Program-made: the position numbers and the translations under genes
Source of the DNA: a virus
Length of the DNA stretch: 8,576 nt
Reading direction: 5' to 3' (one strand)
Virus genome (UHGV): UHGV-1373278
Notes under the pieces: generated by a model
Database searches by the model: none
Told to the model about the DNA's origin: nothing
What the model saw: the letters and a program-made list of their open reading frames with translations, nothing else
In this document: positions 5,507-8,576 of the stretch, one piece after another
Numbering within the stretch: the stretch's first letter is position 1
Layout of the letters: each line of letters opens with the position of its first letter

Positions 5507-6601
5507 ATGGCGGTTTATGTAGTAACAGGCAAATTAGGCTCAGGCAAGACACTTGTTAGTGTTTCCAGAATACAGGAAAGACTTGCTAAGGGTTGTCCTG
5601 TTGCCACTAATCTTGATCTTAAATTGCATAATATGCCTATGGTTGGGCGTTATGCGAAAAAAACGCGCGTTATTCGCATTCCTGACAAGCCTTCATTAAA
5701 TGATTTACTTGCTATTGGTATTGGGAATACATCTTACGATGAATCCCGTAATGGCCTCCTTGTACTTGATGAATGTGGTACTTGGTTTAATTCCCGCTCA
5801 TGGGGTGATAAAGACAGACAACCTGTTATTGACTGGTTTTTACATGCCAGAAAATTAGGCTGGGATATTATATTTTTGATTCAGGATATTTCGATAATGG
5901 ATAAGCAAGCTCGTCTGGCGCTTGCTGAGCATGTTGTTTATTGTCGCCGTTCAGATAAATTAAACATTCCTTTTGTTGGCTCCATTATGAATTTGGTTTC
6001 AGGGGCGAGATTTTCTTTACCAAAGGTACACTTTGGCATTGTCAAATATGGTGATAATGTTAATTCAATCACTGTTGATAAATGGATATATACAGGAAAA
6101 TCTCTTTATTCTGCTTACAATACCAAACAAGCGTTCACAGATAATTATCCTCATGGCGCATTTTCGCTTTTGCCACCATTTATCACGCACGGTCAATTTT
6201 CTGTTCACAGAGGATTTAATTATTATATGCGCCTCACTAAAATTTATTTTCGCAAATCGAACCGTCTTATATTAATGCTTTCTTTTTTGGCGCTGGGGCT
6301 TGCGTTTGGTTTCTGGCTCCAGTCTGGAAAGAATGTTGATGAAATCTCAGCTATTAAATCTGCTTATGCTGAACAGGCGAGGGCGGTAACGCCTGATTCG
6401 TCCAGTAACTTACCCCGACTTTCTATTAATTCTTTTTCACAACTTGGCTTTGACGTTTCCGTTACGTTTGTTGATGCTAAAGGTATGAAATATCAGTATT
6501 TTGATTTGATTAAAGATGGTTATTCCGTTGATATTAAAGATGCCTGTCGTGTTGTTATTAGAAAAGGCCGTTATTTACAGACTGTTACCTGTCAGGAGTA
6601 A
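5507..6601 (+). CDS. I: Assembly ATPase pI (Zot-like, 364 aa)
   Basis: ATG at 5507 immediately after the gVI stop. N-terminus MAVYVVTGKLGSGKTLVSV (Walker A) is nearly identical to Ff pI MAVYFVTGKLGSGKTLVSV. Extensive similarity continues (LLVLDECGTWFN, IIDWFLHARKLGWDIIFL). Confidence 0.9.
   Translation: MAVYVVTGKLGSGKTLVSVSRIQERLAKGCPVATNLDLKLHNMPMVGRYAKKTRVIRIPDKPSLNDLLAIGIGNTSYDESRNGLLVLDECGTWFNSRSWGDKDRQPVIDWFLHARKLGWDIIFLIQDISIMDKQARLALAEHVVYCRRSDKLNIPFVGSIMNLVSGARFSLPKVHFGIVKYGDNVNSITVDKWIYTGKSLYSAYNTKQAFTDNYPHGAFSLLPPFITHGQFSVHRGFNYYMRLTKIYFRKSNRLILMLSFLALGLAFGFWLQSGKNVDEISAIKSAYAEQARAVTPDSSSNLPRLSINSFSQLGFDVSVTFVDAKGMKYQYFDLIKDGYSVDIKDACRVVIRKGRYLQTVTCQE
6227..6601 (+). CDS. XI: pXI, in-frame internal translation product of gene I (124 aa)
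   Basis: In-frame ATG at residue 241 of pI (MRLTKIYFRKSN...), the same position and context as Ff pXI (Met241, MKLTKIYLKKF...), followed by a TM segment. Purine-rich AGAGGA lies about 12 nt upstream. Confidence 0.5.
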   Translation: MRLTKIYFRKSNRLILMLSFLALGLAFGFWLQSGKNVDEISAIKSAYAEQARAVTPDSSSNLPRLSINSFSQLGFDVSVTFVDAKGMKYQYFDLIKDGYSVDIKDACRVVIRKGRYLQTVTCQE

Positions 6602-6608
6602 TATTATT

Positions 6609-7874
6609 ATGCGCTCTGTTATTGTTGCTTTTTTATTTGCCTGTTCATTCTGCGTTTCTGCTGAAACTGTTAATTTAAATAATTCATCTGTTCGCTCATT
6701 TGTTCAGTGGTATTCTTCAAAAACTGGCAAGCCTGTTATTGTTAATCCTGATATTAAAGGAAACGTAACCGTATTTAATGCTGATGTTAATCCAGCAAAT
6801 ATTGATGATTTCTTTAAGTCTGTTCTGAATGCTAACGGTTTTGTCATGCTTTCTGGCAATCCTGCGGTAGTCTCTTTGCCGTCTAAATTACCTTCACAGA
6901 TGGTTTCGGATTCCGATGATTCTGATAACCAGTCTTATGATACTTTTCCTTCTGAGCCATCTTACCAGCCAGTACCTGTGGCGCTTACGGTCAGAAATTT
7001 TAAGCTGACAAAAGTTAGATCGTCCGATGTTCAGCAACTGATTAAAATTTATCTTGATTCTAATGGTGGTGGTAATGTCGTGGATTATCCAGGCAATAAC
7101 TCGCTGATTGTTTCTGCGCCTGACGAGCTGCTGCCGGTTCTGTCCGATTTTATCAATTCTGTGGATGTTGCCCGCGATCAGGTTCTCATTCAGTCGCTGA
7201 TGTTTGAAACCAGCTTGTCTGATGGCGTTGATTTATCGTTTGCGGCAGGTTCTGCATCCGGTCATAAGGTTGCGGGGGGCTTTAATACTTCTGCACTGGG
7301 TAGCGCTCTTTCTACGGCGGGCGGTTCTTTTGGTATTTTTGATGGTAACGTGTTGGCGCTGTCTCTGCGTGCTGTCCAGAGTAATTCACGCTCTAAGGTG
7401 ATTTCAACGCCGCGTATTCTTACTCAGTCTGGTCAGACTGGTTACATTTCCGTAGGTAAGAATGTGCCGTTTATCACCGGAAAGGTAACGGGCGAATCTG
7501 CCGGGGTAAATAATCCGTTTCAGACTATCGAGCGTCATGATGTTGGCGTTTCTCTCAAGGTAACGCCTGTTGTCATGGGTAACGGGCAACTAGTTCTGAC
7601 TATCGACACTCGCGCTGATTCAATCAGCAATGATGATCAGGCATCCGATATTATTACTAATCAGCGCCAGATTCAGACGACAGTCCAGATTAAGGATGGT
7701 CAGACGTTGTTATTGGGGGGGCTTATCGATTCATCGTTCAGCAATGCCGAGCGTTCAGTTCCAGTTATAAGTAAAATTCCTCTTATAGGCTGGATTTTCA
7801 GTAGCAAGGCAGACAGCAATGAACAGCGTATTATGTATATTTTGCTTACAGCACATATCATTCGTCCACTTTGA
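6609..7874 (+). CDS. IV: Outer-membrane secretin pIV (421 aa)
   Basis: ATG at 6609 with AGGAG (6594-6598) about 10 nt upstream. Signal peptide MRSVIVAFLFACSFCVSA. Strong similarity to Ff pIV throughout (VRSFVQWYSS..., NVPFITGKVTGESAGVNNPFQTIERHDVG..., DGQTLLLGGL..., SKIPLIGW-FSS). The 6516 ORF-track start is an upstream extension inside gI. Confidence 0.9.
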   Translation: MRSVIVAFLFACSFCVSAETVNLNNSSVRSFVQWYSSKTGKPVIVNPDIKGNVTVFNADVNPANIDDFFKSVLNANGFVMLSGNPAVVSLPSKLPSQMVSDSDDSDNQSYDTFPSEPSYQPVPVALTVRNFKLTKVRSSDVQQLIKIYLDSNGGGNVVDYPGNNSLIVSAPDELLPVLSDFINSVDVARDQVLIQSLMFETSLSDGVDLSFAAGSASGHKVAGGFNTSALGSALSTAGGSFGIFDGNVLALSLRAVQSNSRSKVISTPRILTQSGQTGYISVGKNVPFITGKVTGESAGVNNPFQTIERHDVGVSLKVTPVVMGNGQLVLTIDTRADSISNDDQASDIITNQRQIQTTVQIKDGQTLLLGGLIDSSFSNAERSVPVISKIPLIGWIFSSKADSNEQRIMYILLTAHIIRPL

Positions 7875-7918
7875 TGGATAGCGGGTAGGTGCGTGAGCCC
7901 TGCTCGCTATCCATCAAA
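7870..7918 (+). other. Large imperfect hairpin overlapping the gIV stop codon (candidate gIV terminator and/or packaging-signal-like hairpin)
   Basis: 14-bp perfect inverted repeat TTTGATGGATAGCG (7870-7883) / CGCTATCCATCAAA (7905-7918) around a 21-nt GC-rich loop that can extend the stem with G-U pairs. No U-run follows. In Ff the post-gIV intergenic region carries a terminator and the packaging hairpin. Confidence 0.4.
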
Positions 7919-7943
7919 TGGACATTATTGATTGGGGTAACTA

Positions 7944-8252
7944 ATGGATTCTTATGGGATTTTATCTGCTCTGGCAGAACGAACGATTACAGCGGAAGAA
8001 GCAAAAACAATGACACTTGCAGCCAGAAGTTCTTCGGCTCAGGTAAATGAAGCATCACTTGCTCTGTTACTGATTGATAATACTCTGGATGCGATCAAAG
8101 CAGCTGCCAGTGAAGGGAAAGGATACACTTTACTTCCTTCTTATGAGATTTCTGTAAAAGCCATTGATTTAGCAGAAGAATTTTTAAGGAAACAATGCGG
8201 CTATGTTATTGATAACCAGAATGGCGTAAGGACGGTCTATTGGTTTATATGA
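7944..8252 (+). CDS. Hypothetical protein (102 aa), accessory ORF downstream of gIV
   Basis: ATG at 7944 with a weak GGGG(T) SD-like element. Ala/Leu-rich, predicted largely helical, no signal peptide. No recognisable homology from memory. Followed by a structured region and a T7 run (8319-8325). Confidence 0.45.
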   Translation: MDSYGILSALAERTITAEEAKTMTLAARSSSAQVNEASLALLLIDNTLDAIKAAASEGKGYTLLPSYEISVKAIDLAEEFLRKQCGYVIDNQNGVRTVYWFI

Positions 8253-8369
8253 TAACCCCGGACAATGACAAAACTTGCTTTTGTTAGTGTCAGGGGTTGG
8301 CCAAGCCGAACAATTCTGTTTTTTTAGCGTTATTGCTGATTCGGCGCGGCAGCATTACGAGGAGATAAA

Positions 8370-8576
8370 ATGCAATTTTTCACATCCAGCGATACTGTAA
8401 TGTTATGTGCGAAGACCTGCGATCGCTGTGGTCGCCATGCGAAGACGGTGGTAGATGACATTGAGTTCAATGAGTTTCTGTCTGTTAATCACTTAGCTGG
8501 ATACGGTTCAATTTTTGGTGACAGTAATCGCTTAAAACTGGATTTATGCCAACATTGCCTGAAAGACGTCCTGGGC
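8370..8576 (+). CDS. Cys-rich (putative zinc-ribbon) hypothetical protein, 5' partial; continues beyond the window
   Basis: ATG at 8370 with strong GAGGAG RBS (8359-8364). Frame open for 69 codons to the window end. Contains C-x3-C-x2-C (CAKTCDRCG) and C-x2-C (CQHC) motifs. Missing from the ORF track because no stop falls in the window. Confidence 0.5.
   Translation, partial: MQFFTSSDTVMLCAKTCDRCGRHAKTVVDDIEFNEFLSVNHLAGYGSIFGDSNRLKLDLCQHCLKDVLG

Larger units (their letters stand above)
66..8576 (+). mobile_element. Integrated filamentous (Inoviridae, Ff/IKe-like) prophage; left boundary near the dif-like site, right boundary beyond the window
   Basis: Complete canonical Ff gene order gII(X)-gV-gVII-gIX-gVIII-gIII-gVI-gI(XI)-gIV with recognisable pVIII, pIII, pVI, pI and pIV homologs. 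A dif-like site sits at 66-98. Flanking non-Ff accessory genes show this is not a bare Ff genome. Exact ends not determinable from the window. Confidence 0.8.

Noticed and set aside
5158-6275. + strand ORFs 5158-5343 and 6033-6275
   Set aside because: Out-of-frame overlaps inside gVI and gI, with no RBS and implausible composition.
6516-6608. Upstream extension of gIV (track start 6516)
   Set aside because: Lies inside the gI 3' end. The ATG at 6609 with AGGAG RBS gives a proper signal peptide matching the Ff pIV N-terminus.
7204-7589. ORFs 7204-7401 (+) and 7404-7589 (-) inside gIV
   Set aside because: Alternate-frame or antisense shadows within the strongly supported secretin gene.
8254-8326. 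Intrinsic terminator after the 102-aa ORF
   Set aside because: A T7 run (8319-8325) is present, but the upstream dyads (AACCCC/GGGGTT, TGACA/TGTCA, TTGGCCAA) do not form one clean stem directly abutting the T-run. Left as a structured region only.

Overview
The window is dominated by an integrated Ff/IKe-like filamentous (inovirus) prophage. The full Ff gene order is present on the + strand from 1969 to 7874: gII (with in-frame gX), gV, gVII, gIX, gVIII, gIII, gVI, gI (with in-frame gXI) and gIV. Products pVIII, pIII C-terminus, pVI, pI and pIV closely resemble the Ff proteins as I recall them; pII is Ff-like only at its C-terminus and pV is not recognisably Ff-like. Left of gII, three genes read on the - strand: a small RHH-like regulator, a small polytopic membrane protein, and a conspicuously AT-rich 266-aa protein with a PD-(D/E)xK-like nuclease signature. 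At the far left (66-98) is a dif-like XerC/XerD site with a perfect XerC arm, an extended central region and an imperfect XerD arm, followed by a strong hairpin and an inverted XerC-like half-site (149-159). This suggests a XerCD-integrating (IMEX-type, CUS-1/Ypf-like) prophage junction. Right of gIV are a hairpin overlapping the gIV stop, a 102-aa ORF of unknown function, and the 5' part of a Cys-rich ORF that runs off the window. The most interesting unexplained content is the accessory cargo flanking the conserved phage core. All calls are from reading the sequence and from memory of Ff protein sequences; no database search or computation was run.
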